Below are positions 35,259 to 54,079 of a stretch of DNA of 64,000 nt, one piece after another. Each line of letters begins with the position of its first letter. Position 1 is the stretch's first letter. A model generated the notes under the pieces. That model was given only the letters and a program-made list of their open reading frames with translations, was not told the origin of the DNA and did not search any database. The position numbers were made by a program, and so were the translations under genes. The stretch is from Antechinus flavipes (lineage: Eukaryota), in contig NC_067402.1 of the NCBI RefSeq assembly GCF_016432865.1, forward strand, positions 187,984,001 to 188,048,000, read 5' to 3'.

Positions 35259-38200
35259 ATTCCAATATAAGTTTTAGCTCCTTTGGAACTTCTGGTATAT
35301 GAGATTAAAATAATGAAACCATCTCAGTGTATCTGAGATCTGGGAAAGAACTGTGAGTGGAGGGGAAGGTAGGGAAGAGTATAAAGGCAAAATTCTTAGA
35401 GCCAATGAACAGTCTAGCCTGAGTTTTGACTTCTTTACCTGCCCTACTTCCATCTATTGTTATAAGGAATCAAAGCATGCCCTATCATTATCAGGCTGGT
35501 TTCTCTAGGTTTGCTTTGATCTCCAAAGTCATCTTGGACTAAGTGTAGATAAATCTCTTTTCTCTTTAGATCAATACAAACAAAGTTAGAATTTTTCTGA
35601 GGCAATTGGGGCTAAGTGACTTATCCAAGGTCACACGGCTAGAAAGTGTTAAATGTCTGAGGTCAGATTTGAACTCAGGTTCTCCTGACTTCAGGGCTGG
35701 TGCTCTATCCACTGCGCCACCCAGCTGCCCTTAGAATTTTTTTCAAAAGAGTTTTACTAGGAAATTAAGATGAAAAGTAAATCCAAAGCAAAAGTCTGCA
35801 AAAACATAGAAATGGAGTAGATTCAGAGAGAACAGAATACTATCCTGAGTCAGCCAAAGTCCAGCCAACAGTCAGCCTTGAGTGGTACAATTTACAGAGT
35901 CCCAAGATTCACAATTTTTTAATCTCAATTTTGTCTGTTTTAGACACTAGGCCAAATTAAGAAGATGCTAACTTGAAGCAGATTCTGAATGGTAACATGG
36001 CTAGATTTAGGATGTTCTTGATCCCCTCCAGAATCTATTTCCTAATCTTCTCTCTGGATATAAGTATTCTCTCTGACATGGAACTACCTTTCATTTTTAC
36101 TCTGTAACCTTCTTGGCTCATGTTGGTCTTCTTGTCTGGATCCCCAGATGAGAAGGAATTTTCTTATCTAGCCTTTGAATGTTCTGTCAAGGCTTCAGAT
36201 AATTTTCCTCTATGACTTTGCAGCTCTGAGTTATGGCTCTGAGCTCCTTTCTCTGATCCAAGGTACCTCTAGCCCCTTGGGAACAGTTATTCCAGAATAC
36301 TACATTATAAGTTATAATATCATAATCACTTTGTATATGTATATAGTCAACAATAAGAGTAGAGGATGTGGTAATGTTAGAAGATAGAAGATCAAATTCT
36401 CATCTTTCTCCTCACCATCTGTGTGGACAAGTCATGTCACATCTTTGGGCCTCAGTTTCTTGATCTGTAAAATGAAAAGGAGTAGAATTACAGAAACTCT
36501 AAATTCTCCTCCAACTCCAAATCTCATCTTATGAATAGGAATCATTTCTCAGAGGAAGTTCCATAAGTACTCTACAAAGTCCACTTCTAGATTCCATAAA
36601 ATAGGCTCTAGACTTGTTTTAGGAATATAATTGGGATAGGAGCCTCATCATGTCTCTGTTTTTTAACTCTTCTCTGTTCATTGATCTCTAACACTCCTAG
36701 GACATTCGACATTTTGTTCTTCAATCCTTGGGGGAGAAGAAACTGCTATACTATGCCATGGTGCACCTAGGGACCAGTTTCAAAGATCCTGTGAGTGATA
36801 TCCCCCTGAATGTCTCCTGTGGAGGGTTGGGGTTAGGGTTACTTTCCACCCCAAAGGTGTCCACTATTGTGAAAGTCCTGAGAGGACATATGGGTGAGAA
36901 GTACAAGGCAAAGTTGTCCCAAAGGGTAAGGAATTTTGGGGGGGAGAGAGGGTATCTGCAGTGGATTGGAGATAAAGGTCTTATTCCTAATCATTATAGG
37001 ATTCTTGGACCCCAGATGATGTTATCCCTGAGGAACTGAGGAAAAAGCTTAGGTAGGAGATGTTTCATGATGGAGGGGGATAGGAGAGAGAAGTTGGGGA
37101 AGAGGGGAAAAGGGTAAAGATAAGATTAGGTTAGAGCTCCTGGGAAAAGAGAGGGGGGATAGATCTTTCAAAGTGGTCTCTAGGATCTCCCCTCCTCTAA
37201 CTGAGCATGTGTCTTCCCCTGGAGAGAGGATCAAGAGAAGAGGCCTTGGGACTCCAAACTTCCGGAGCCAGAGTCCTTGGCAAAATGGAGGGGTGAGTTC
37301 CAGGGAGGTCTGAAAAAGAGGGAAACAGATGGGAATGGGAACTTTAAATTCACCAATTGACACTGTTCTGGATGTGCCCTGAGCATTGTTGGAATCCCCC
37401 ATTTTGGAGTCTCTGACTCTTTATCCTCTCAGCTTATTCCTGTTTCCATACCAGATATCCAATTTTTGGAGGGTGTGACTTTAACCCAGGATGCAGGGCA
37501 GCTGAATGGTTCTGAGAGGGCAGTGCTGGATGGGCTGCTCACCCCTGCTGAGTGTGAAATCCTGCTGCAGTTGGCTAAGGTGAAGGAAAAAAAGAAAGCT
37601 AGAGATGGGAGGGAAGAATTACAGGACCTTGGTGATCTCTAACTTCCAACAAGAACCCAGGAAGGATGCCTCTGGAGTTCTCATAGCAGAGACTATAGAG
37701 TGAAATCAGCTGTAATTTGTGGATGGATGAGGAATTGGTACCATAGTCATCCTATAATCTTTCTGTGTCCTTTAGGATGCGGCTAAGATGGGAGATGGCT
37801 ACCGGAGTCGGCGTTCTCCACACACTCCTCATGAGCTTTTTGAGGGGCTCACAGTACTCAGGGCTGCCCAGGTGAGAAGGGGCCCATATTTCTAAGTCCT
37901 TTCCTGAGATTTGGGAGAGATGACATACCAGGGACTTGGGAAATTTGCTCAGTGGTGAGGAAAGGGCTGCTCTAACTCAGATGCCTGAGGCTTATATTCC
38001 AAATTTAATAGAGGTAAGCAGATTTTAAGGATATTAAAGAGGCTGGCAAGGGCAGTTAGGGGATACAATGGGTAGAGTTCTGGGTCTAGATTCAGGAAAT
38101 CTGAATTTAAATCTGACCTCAGATTCCATATGACTTAGACAAGTTACTTAACCCCTATTTGCCTTGGTTCCTCAGCTATAAAATGAGAACACAGAGGAGA

Positions 38201-41200
38201 AAGAAATAGCAAACTATTCCTTTATCATTGCCAAGAAAACTCCATGGACTTTGTCCATGGGGGTTACATAGAATCATTCATGATTGAAAGATTGAACAAT
38301 CAAAAGTAGGCTGTCAGGAAACCTTGGAGTTGCTAAGCCCAAGGAGATTGTTGGGAGAAGCAAACTGAGGCTTCTTCCCTCTCTGTTACTTTTCTTTGCT
38401 TTTTCAACCCCACATCTTCTTTGTAGCTGGCCCGGGCTGGAGCTGTGGACAGACAGGGAGCTAAACTGTTGCTGGAAGTCAGTGAGAGGGCACGGAACTT
38501 GACCCAAGCATACTTCTCCCCCCAGTGGCCCCTGCACCTCTCCTTCACTCACCTAGTGTGTCGAAGTGCCATCGATGGTATTTACTAAGGCTTCCTTTCA
38601 CCTGGTGCCCTCACCCTTCCTCAAAACCTCCTCTTCTAGCCTTAACACCCTTAAGATTTCCCACATACTTGAGTGTGTGCTCTTTTTTCTCCTCAGTTCA
38701 AGAAGATCTCTTCTGGGGCTCTTCCTGGGAAATATCTCTAGCTCTAGGAAGAATGTCCATCCTCAATGGCCCATTGGGATGTAACTGAGTGCAATAGGGA
38801 GAGAAGAAAAGAAATGACATGTGCATTTCTACCCAATGTCTCTGCATTTCAGGGGAGCAAGAACAGCGGATGGACCTAAGCCACCCAGTTCATGCTGACA
38901 ACTGTCTCCTGGACCCTTACAGTGGGGAGTGCTGGAAGGAGCCTCCAGCATATACTTACCGGGACTACAGGTGGGGATGAGGGTGGGTGGAAGGCTAGCC
39001 TATATGCCCTCCTCCATAGTTTTCATAGAGCAGTCTTCAGTGATGGGTATCTTCCTAGCATGGCATCTATAAAATACAGAAATTGGTGAAGACGAGCTCT
39101 AAAGTCCCTTCATGCAGAGGAGAGGCTTACTCTCTTTCCTTTTCCCTCCCCAGTGGGCTCCTTTATCTCAATGATGATTTCCAGGGTGGGGACCTGTTCT
39201 TTACTGAGCCAGATGCCCTCACTGTGACGGTGAGTAGGGAAGGGGGAACTTACATGGTAAGGGGTGGAAGAATGGTCAGGATTCATATTAGAAACTGCCC
39301 AGAGGCAAATGCAGAAAAAAATGATTGGGCCTATTTTAACTCTTTCCCTACTATATTTTCTCTTCCTCCACCCTTCCTTCTCTCTCAACCAGTAAATAAG
39401 GACCTACCCATAGATCTCTGCCATGTTTCCTTCTCTGGGATATAAAGGGGTACCCACTAAGGAAGGCAGTATAGCCTACATGGTATCCTACCTTCTGCTT
39501 CATTCAGGGATTTTACTGTCAGTACCATCGCTAATCCTACTTACCCACCTCTATGACCTAATGGTCTCAAGTCCATAGGAAAAGGAACTTCATTTCTACC
39601 TCCCCAAGAAGGTCTCAGTTCTATGATAACATTGAATTCCTGGAAAGGAAACAAGAAGTTGGGACTGAGAGGAAGAGGCAATTATTTATCTGTCTACTTC
39701 CTTCTTATTTACCTTTGCTATTTTCTAGATAGATGTATCTATGACTGGTTAAGTTTACTTATTTTCTATTGCCTCCTTGAGAGGGAGGGAGGGGAAGGTG
39801 AAAAGGCAAGATATTTCTAAGATTCCTTTTCCTTTTTTAGCCTAATTTTATCCTCAGCTCTATCCTACTAAATGGCTTCACACTCCTTTTTAATATCTCC
39901 TTTTTAGGAGATAAAAATACCAAGAATAAATAGAATATAAAAACAGGCAGAGTTATATCCCAGAACAAAGCCTTTAAAATAGAGGATGAACAATCTGGGG
40001 CTCCCCTTCCCCTCAGGTCCCATATTTCTGCCTTTCTGCCCTGGTGCTCAGGATTCCTATGTTCTGGCTAACTGGGGATGAAACTTGCTGGTATTTTTCC
40101 CTTTGCCCTACATTTGAGGATGAGAAGGATTGTAGCCATTGTTCTCTGGGATGTGACAGGGGGAGGGAGCCAGTGAAACTATTCCCAACACACTGAGTTC
40201 TGAAGAGAGTGAGATCTACCACATTCTTTTAACTAGGTTGTGCTTCATTGCCTCCATGTTTCTGTTGATGTTGTTTATTGTTGTTTTAATAGTTCCTTGG
40301 TTGATGTCCCACTGGTGTGTGGGGCTGAGGGAAAGCTAGGAGTTCTAGGAGACTCATTCTACATGTCTCCATACCATGTTCCTGGTCTGAGACCACAGAA
40401 ACCATCTTTATCCCTTTAGCTTTTGTTTTGAACCTAGACTATGGCACAAATGAATGGGAAGTGGTGACTTGTTTATTGGTCTATCCCTGTAGGAGGCCAT
40501 TGTTATATAGAATGTAGAGGGAAAGTGAGTTTCTGGAACTGTGACGATCATTCTTTTCTCCCCCTCCCACCCTACTATTGATTCCCAGGCCCAAGTTCGC
40601 CCTCAATGTGGACGCCTTGTGGCCTTCAGCTCTGGGGGAGAGAATCCCCATGGAGTATGGGCTGTGACAAAGGGACGGAGATGCACCTTAGCACTATGGC
40701 ACACTTGGGCCTCAGAGCATATGGAACAGGTGAGAGGAGACAGGAGAACAGAGGTATAGAATGGTTCTGGTGGGAGGATTCAGTTTAAAAATTGTGTGTA
40801 TAATTTAGAATCATGCAAAGAAAATGACTAAAATGTCCATATGCTTTCATCTAGAGATTATATTACCCATACCTCAAAGAGGTCAAAGACAGAAAGAAAG
40901 GTGCTGCATCTGTCAAAACATTTATAGCTGAACCTTTTATGATAAGAAAGAACTGGCAACAGTGCATGTGTTTATCAACTGGGGTATGCCTGAATGAATT
41001 GTGATAAACAAACATAATGGAATATTGTTTATGTTATAAGAAATGATGAATACTAAGAATTCAAAAAAGTATGGAAATATTTATTTTAACTAATGCAAAT
41101 TAGAATAAGCTGAATCAGGAAAATAATATATTAAATGACATAAATGGAAAAAAATTAAATCATTTTAATAAATACAGGATAGGAAAAAATAGAGCAAATT

Positions 41201-42378
41201 GTGTGAAAAGGCAATAGTTTTAGTTTACTACTGGCTCAATATGAATCTGACTTGATCTTAATCTATATTAATAGAAATAAAGAATTAGGAATAAGAGAGG
41301 GACATAACCATTTTATTATATTCTATACTGGGTCAGCTCATATCAAGTATTTATGCTGAATTATTCTGGGTATTATATTTTGAGAGGAACATAAATAAAT
41401 TGGAGAAGAGGATAACCAGAATAGCAAGAAAAATATGAGGTAATACATGAAAATATGAGATAATATAAAATATGGCTGAGTGAAGTAGAGGTGTTTAAAC
41501 TGAAGAAGAGTCTCAAGATATGAGAACTGTCTTCAAATATTTAGTGGATTGTCACTTGGATAAGGGATTAGATTTATTTTATGTAGTTCCAGAGCACAGA
41601 ACCAGGATAATGTGAATAAGTTATAGAGAATTAGGTCTCTGTTTAATATAAGAAAAAAAATTGATGATATCAGAGCTATCTAACAATGAGGTATGCTTCC
41701 TGTTCTTGGAAGTATTTAATTAAACAGAGGGTGGGTGACTCTACAGAATATCAGGGATGTTACAGAGAGAATTCCTTCCACTGATATACTTCTTCTAGAA
41801 GATAAATTTTTTTATTAAAGTTTTTTATTTTCAAAACATGCATGGACAATTTTTCAACACTGACCCTTGCAAAAATCTTGCTTTCCAGATTTCCCCTCCT
41901 TTCCCTCACCCCCTTTCCTAGATGGCAAGCAATCCAGTATATGTTAAACATGTAATTCTTTTATATATATTTCCATAATCATCATCTTGAACAAGAAAAA
42001 ATGAGATTAAAAAGGAAAAAAGTGAGAAAGAAAGCAAAATGCAAGCAAACAACAAGAAGCACAACTATGCTGTGATCCCAACTCAGTTCCCACAGTCCTC
42101 TCTCTGGGGGTAGATGACTTTCTTCATCATAAGACCTTTGGAACTGGCCTGAATCAAAGGAGATAACTTCTAACAAAGATTCATTGACTTTTTTTTCTAT
42201 ATCCCCCAATCAGGACCGTGCAGAGGCTGAGATTCTGCTACGGGAATCGGACAAATCTGAAGAGGGGGAAATACCGAGTGGAGACTCCTCCCCAGAGCCT
42301 CCCAGTGTTTTGGGAAGGAAGCCACAGCAAGCCCGATTGGAAGTCAGAAGGCAACATCCTGCTCGGGAAGAGCTTTGA
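30178..42378 (+). CDS. P3H3: Prolyl 3-hydroxylase 3 (leprecan-like 2), 732 aa
   Basis: 15 exons: 30178-30654, 32739-32891, 33787-34003, 34112-34243, 34811-34947, 36701-36790, 37000-37052, 37225-37292, 37455-37579, 37776-37871, 38427-38577, 38853-38970, 39154-39229, 40589-40729, 42214-42378 (2199 nt). Signal peptide, 2OG-Fe(II) motifs HADNC / NPHGV / GRRC, C-terminal REEL ER-retrieval signal. Confidence 0.96.
31624..31843. other. Assembly gap (220 N)
   Basis: N run in P3H3 intron 1. Confidence 1.
31844..31962 (-). mobile_element. WSINE1-type SINE, truncated by an assembly gap
   Basis: TAAGTGACTTGCCTAGGGTCACACAG..CACTGCACCACCTAGCTGC. Confidence 0.75.
35185..35254. repeat. Perfect (GA)35 microsatellite
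   Basis: Read directly; lies in P3H3 intron 5. Confidence 0.95.
35597..35730 (-). mobile_element. WSINE1-type SINE
   Basis: Full-length copy, high similarity to the other copies. Confidence 0.8.
41200..41780 (+). mobile_element. CR1/L3 LINE 3' fragment
   Basis: Degenerate CR1 RT C-terminal and 3' sequence (..GTCTTCAAATATTTAGTGGATTGTCAC..AGAACCAGG..). Confidence 0.6.
41805..42156 (-). mobile_element. LINE-1 3'UTR fragment just upstream of the P3H3 exon 15 acceptor
   Basis: T-rich reversed tail (TTTTTTATTAAAG..), then marsupial L1 3'UTR sequence shared with the 54080-54511 and 56315-56580 copies. Confidence 0.75.
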
Positions 42379-42890
42379 AGGGATGAAGGAGACAAGATTA
42401 CTTAAGAGACATTCCAATCAAAGTGGTGATAGTGAATTCATTCCATGGACCACACAGCTACCCACTGACATAATGAGTTAATATCAATTGCCTTCTAGGT
42501 CATAATCAACTGGACAGAGGAAGCTCCTCTCTTTCTTCAAGGATCAGTGGGGTAGAACTTCTGTTATGAAGGTTGGATTGCAAGTATGTGAAGAGGGAGG
42601 AGAGGTAACATCATGGGCCAAATACCTCAGAATCTGGAAGAGTATGGCTTCATGAGCATATTACCTTCCCAAACCCACATATCACCCTTCAGGGGGACAG
42701 AGAGAACAATGGAGCATTTTACCTTTACCAAGTGATAGGAGAGGGATGGAGACTAATGATGTGACCTCACTTGTAGAGGGAGATCTCAATGATCTCCTAA
42801 GTGATAGGAGAACAGAAAATGCTTGAGTGCTTTGGGGGGGCAGGGAGGGAAAAGAGGAAGAGTGGGAGGTCATCCCCTGTTACACAAAGC

Positions 42891-42896
42891 AATAAA
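42891..42896 (+). terminator. Candidate P3H3 poly(A) signal AATAAA
   Basis: About 510 nt after the stop, followed by GTTTGTGTT. Confidence 0.6.
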
Positions 42897-43329
42897 GGAC
42901 ATTCAAATCCCAAAGTTTGTGTTACTTATGAATGTAAATGTGAATATAAAGATGGTTCTCTGTGTTGAAAGCTGCCTTCATGCTAGGAGACTGAGTTAAT
43001 ACTTCTAGATTTATTAATGAAATCTGTCACCTGTTCTGCTCAAACAAATGGTCCAGGCCCCAAATCATCCCTCCTTTTGGTCTCAATCTTCAGCCCCACT
43101 CTTCTCTACCAAAGTTTTAATGGATTCCAGGACATTCTGACTCACCCCGGATAGGACTTTATGGGATGCTGGAAGGAGGGAGGTAGTTGTGGATGCCTAA
43201 CACTGAGGAGAGGGATATATTGAGATGGCCTATTCCCAACCCCTTGCCTCTCTAGTTTTGGATCCAGACAAGCCACTCCCCACATCCACTTTTCTCTCCT
43301 TTAAGCCCTTCCCCTAGAGGTAAGACCTG

Positions 43330-43680
43330 TGGACAGCTGGTAGGGGGTTTGGGGAGGGGGATTATCCAGATCAGTCTCCTCTAATCTCATCTCTGTTTTC
43401 TGTGTGAACCCCCCTCCCTTCTCATAAACCCTACTAGCAATTGGTGATTCGGTCAGTCCCAGGGAGCCGCTTACTTTGGAGTGTACACAAGGATATTTGT
43501 CAATGTCATCATCCCTAACCCTTACTCGATTCCCTGTTCTGGAATCTAGGCTGGATCTTCCTTCTTCTAAAATAATCTCAATTGAGACTTATCATTGCTA
43601 TCATTCTTTTGTCCTCCCCCAAAAAACAACAAAAGTCTGACCTCCTAATCCTCAACAGCTTTAGTCTAATCCCAGCTGTG
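43330..43680 (+). promoter_or_regulatory. Candidate GNB3 retinal promoter/enhancer
   Basis: Five TAATCY (K50 homeodomain) sites and two CAGCTG E-boxes, about 1.0-1.3 kb upstream of the ATG. Confidence 0.55.
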
Positions 43681-44674
43681 ATTTGATGCTCTTATCTTTG
43701 CCATCAGAGAGGTGGCCTGGTAAGCACATGCTCCTCCTACCCTACCCCTATCTTTCCTTAATGCTTCCCAGTAAGAATCCAGGGGAACATTGCAAGAGAA
43801 CCTGACCCTCTCTGGCAGACTCCACCAAGACTCAGCCCTATATTACCCCTTCACTATCTAGCTCCAGATTTTCCCCCTTAGACTTCTTAATAGTACTTTA
43901 ACTGTCCAGACCTTAACCTTTCACTCCAGTTCTTCCCTTTCCCCACCTGATTTTACCCACTTACCTCACTGGGACCAGGCCAGTAGTAGAACTGGGGCGG
44001 CTGATCCAAGGGCATTGAACCAGAGACAAGAGAGGAAGAGTCAAGATCCAGAGTAAACTCAAATTCACACTCAAGTAAGGACTGGTCTGCTACTGTGGCA
44101 GGGTGGGAAAGGCTGAAGGGATTGTTTTGGTGAACTGAAGTGGGACTGAACTTAACTGAACTTAGAGGGAATGGGAATCTATTTGTGGGGTGAAGGGGTA
44201 ACCTTTAACCTTATCATTTGTACATTTGAAGGCACCCTAAGAAGTTTTCTTTTTTGGGGAAGGATCCTATACTGCTTTAGGGGAAAGGGTCTAATTATTT
44301 ACGTGACATAGTGGAAAACATGTTGAATCCTAGCTTTAACTCTTAGTATGGGTGATTTATTTCACTTTCTCAGCCTCTCCTGTCATCTGCAAAACAGGGT
44401 AATGGCATTTGTACCACTTACCTCCCAAGGTGTCGGTGAGGAAAGTGCTTGGTAAGCCTACAATTTGTGCATAAATGGGAGCTATTAGTTGGAATATTAC
44501 TCCCTTCTGAAACTGTGTAGATGGAATATAAAGGGATACAGCCTAAGTGACTTGGTAAGATCAGAAAGGAGTTGTTCAGGGTGAGGGGAGGTGCAGTGAG
44601 CACAGAGAATGAGTTCCCTAATTATCTATATGCCCTTGCCAGGACAGGGACAGGAGCAGTTTCATCTATTAGCC

Positions 44675-50177
<5,503 letters not shown>

Positions 50178-50685
50178 AGAAGGTGGCAAGAGATGAGAGA
50201 AAAGGGCAGCTTGGATTTCTGTTACCCTGCATCTTGTTGAAGATTCACTCACCTGTTTCTTCTTCCTCAGTACTTCCTCATTAAAGGGCAGGTAGGATTT
50301 AGGAAATGTCGAGAAGAAGATGGCAAGTAGCAAAGCCTGGGTCAGAATGGCCATATAGATCCGCTCCCCTCCTATCACCATCAGCCCTACACAGATGTGT
50401 AGCCTTTTCCCTCACTTCCTCAATGGCCATTCTGACCCCTATCTAGCCCCTTCCCCTTCCTTTCTAAATACCTTTCACAGTCCCCAAAGCAAGATGGCTA
50501 GCTCTGACAGGCAGCAAAGTTTTAGAACAGCCTGGATTCTTCACCAATAGCTTCAGCAATCACCATAGAAGACCAGACTTAGAAGATATAACTAGGTATA
50601 ATTGGGCTAAACTACAACCTCATTCCCCTCTGTGTCCCCCTTATGGACCCTCTTTAAGCCTGGTTTCCTTTTCTAGCTCAGATTC

Positions 50686-50691
50686 AATAAA
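50686..50691 (+). terminator. Candidate GNB3 poly(A) signal AATAAA
   Basis: About 510 nt after the stop. Confidence 0.55.
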
Positions 50692-53339
50692 GGGCAGCAC
50701 TACTGTATAAGAATCTTTGTGAAATGACTAACATTCATTCCTCTTTTTCAAGTGGCTCAATATTTACCCCTCCAAAAATCTTCATGCACTGCTTTAGGTG
50801 ACCCAACATGAATCTAAGCTGCTTTTCCCATCAATATGGAGAGTTTAAAGGCCTGAAGACTCCTGAGGCCCAAGAAGGGGAAAGGAAAGAGCCTAGCAGA
50901 ACTACAAATTTATAGTAATAGTTTCCAGGCTTTCTGTGATCTAAAGCAAAAGTTGGAATGAGAGAGAAAGGGTAGGGTTCCATTTTAAGCAATCCTGGCC
51001 AAACTTAGAATCCTCTACTTGAGGAGCTAAGGGGAAAACAAATAAATAATAACGGCTTGGTAAAGTCTGAAATTGGAACAAGTCACAGAGTTGGAGGCCT
51101 AAATATAATCACAATGCTACTTTGAAGAAAACAGGAGAAAAAAGTAAAATTTGTCTCGGGGACTAAGGTCCTGCTTGTTGGGATAGGGATAGAGATTATT
51201 GGGAGTTCTTTGATGAATCCATTATATTATCTATGTGATTACTCCCTCCAGTGGTGCCCATAATAACCCATCCACAACTTCTGTATAATTCTTGTCTATG
51301 TTGCCTCATAAATCTTTTCAAGGGGATTCTACTGATAGAAGAGAAGCCTTTCTCTTATTCTTTTAATATCCCAACAGCATTTGACTAGATTGTCTCAGTT
51401 AGCTCTGGTTTTTCAACATCATGTGCTGACTTTTTTTTTTTTTTACACATTTTGAAAGGACCCTCCAACCTCTGTATTCCCCCAGATCAAGTTAGATCTT
51501 GTAGTTGAGTCCAAAAAAGGGTCATTATCTCTTTGGCTCATATGCCCTTATTTGGAGTTTGCGCTGAGAAATCCCCAAATATATGTGTGTCTAGGTTTTC
51601 ACAAACATGAGTAACAGGATACCCTGCTTCTGAACAAGTACTCAAGGTATATATAGTCTTTATTTCATCTCAATGAAAAAAAATATAAAAGACTCAGAAG
51701 AGACTATAAATAAATATGGATAATGCATGAGCCACTCAAAATATCTTTTAAGCTCAGGGAAGCCATATTCTCACATTCTAGTGAAATAAATTTCTCCCAT
51801 GTGATCCGGTACTTCCTTGTCTCACAATATCGTTCTACGACTATATAGTGGAAGGTGGTGGAAGATTACACCTGGAAAACAAACACACTTTGGAACTGCT
51901 GCAGGACGGACAACTCTTTTCCCAATGAACATTGTCCAAACGATTCACATTAATAATGGGAAGCTTCTTCTGTTCCCTTGTCTTATAGTTTTAGTTCTTT
52001 ACTAATTTTTTTTTTTTACTTTACTAAATAATTCCCAGTGGTAGGTGCAATATGAATAAACCTTTTATTGCTCCAATAGACATTCTGACCAGAAGATTCT
52101 TTCTAAAAGATCTGAACTTTTACTCTTGGAGCTATTCTTAAGGCAAACTCTAAACTTGATGCTGCCCCATAAATCTCCCTTTACCTCTAGAAATTAAGAT
52201 TCTGGGATCACGTAACCTAGAAGTATTCCTTCTTCTAACTAGGATGCAGAGTTTCAGGAATAATACTGTCCCTAGACTTCAACTTCAGATCGTATGTTTG
52301 CCCCTGTCATGTTTTAGCATTAACTCTTGACAATCTGTGACTGCCATATCTCTTGGATGAGAATCCTCTATCTCCTTGAATCAAGGGAGAGAGAGGCAGG
52401 GGCATATATTGTTTTTGCTACCATTTACTAGTAAATGCTTTCTAAACAGATGCAACCAACCTGCAACATTTACCTGTTTGAAACATTCAAATAAGCAGGA
52501 ACCTGAATGCTCTGGGGAAAAAAATATTCCTCAGAATACTTTGGCTTATAGTAGACAGGTACACACTATTGTACTCTGGTACTATTGTACCCCTAATTAA
52601 TCTTCCTTACTCTTTCCCACCCCTAGTAGTTGAAGTGAATTTTTTTTTTTTTTTGTCTTTTCTTGGAGGGGAGGGAGAGGCCTAGATTTGAATTTCAGTT
52701 TTATTATTTTTTTTTAGTGTGAGCTTAAGAAATACACACAAAAATTATCATTTCTACAAAGTAGAATGTACAAAGGGAGGATTATAAATACCCAGGATGA
52801 TATTGTAAATTGCATTTACTTTGTATAAAAAAAAATGTATAAAATTTAACATATTACCTTCACAACTATCCTGCTTATCTCTGCTGCCTTCTGAACTTTC
52901 TTTTATTCTTCCCTATGCTCTTTTAAAAGTTTCAATGTCCCTTATTTTTTTCTTTTTTAAAAAATCATCATCATTAATAATCCCTGCCTGCCTGTCCCTC
53001 CTCCTTCAAGTTAAAAACAGGAAAAAAAATTATTATAAAGAGATGAAGATAGAAAAGCAAAATAAATCCATATTATGACCATTTCCAAAAATATGTCTTT
53101 TTCTACATCTTGGATCAGCCCTCTGTCAAGAGGTAGAGTATAATTCTTTGTTAATCCTCTTATGTTACTTGATTATTCTATTGATCAGAGTTTTTAAGTC
53201 TTTAAAAGATATTTTCCTTTAAAATGTTATTTGTCTCCTTTAAGTCGTTCTCTTGGTTATGTTCACTTTACCCTACATCAATTCTTTCTTTTCAGTGTCC
53301 CTTGAAACTTTTCCTTTATTTCATTTCTAATAACCAAAG

Positions 53340-53565
53340 GTATATGGATAAATGTTTAACAACTGCTCTCTGATAGGAAAAAATTACCTATGATACCCTT
53401 TTAAGTTTTATTGGTATTATTAACATTTACTCCACTTTCTTAAATTTAGATAATCAACACAGTACAAAATTAAGCTCCAGTTTGCAGCTTTTACTATTTT
53501 TGAGGTGTAAATGCTTACAATGAAAATTGAATAACTGCCTCTATAGGCTAGATCCAGCATATTCC
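53340..53565. mobile_element. MER63-like hAT MITE
   Basis: GATAAATGTTTAACAAC..ATTAACATTT..TAGATAATCAAC..GAGGTGTAAATGCTTAC, similar to 7333-7550. Confidence 0.6.
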
Positions 53566-54079
53566 TTCAGTCCTACTTCAATGATATGTGAGATTATATA
53601 GATAGATGGATTGTCTCAATACTTGAATACCTAAATACCTCATCCTCCTCTGCAGAGAATAAGAGAAGCATTCTGTCTGCACCACTAGGAAGGACTATAG
53701 CTGAGAGATAGACAGGGAAGGAGACATCCGACAAGTCTGTTCTCTAATATTCAAGAAAGGTGTTGGACTAGAATTATATCTCTCTGGTACCCCACCTCCT
53801 AATATATCTGGTCTAGGAATATGAGCCCCTAATCATCTTAAGGGAGAGAGCAGCCCTTAAGCTTATCTTCATCAATCTGGCCTTTCTTCAACTTATACAA
53901 AAAGCCATCATCTATAGTGAATAATAAGTAAGCAAGTCCATTTATCCAAGCATAATGACAAACAGAAACGAAAGTTCTACAGTTAGAGTATAGCATAAAA
54001 TATAAGGTGTCCCTAAAGTCTTAGTGAAGTTTTAAAACTATATTGATATGAGATAATCCTGTTCATAAGAGAAAATGAA

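Noticed and set aside
34948-35259. ORF running past P3H3 exon 5 into an (RE)n repeat
   Set aside because: Intron read-through into the (GA)35 microsatellite; a strong GTAAGC donor lies at 34948.
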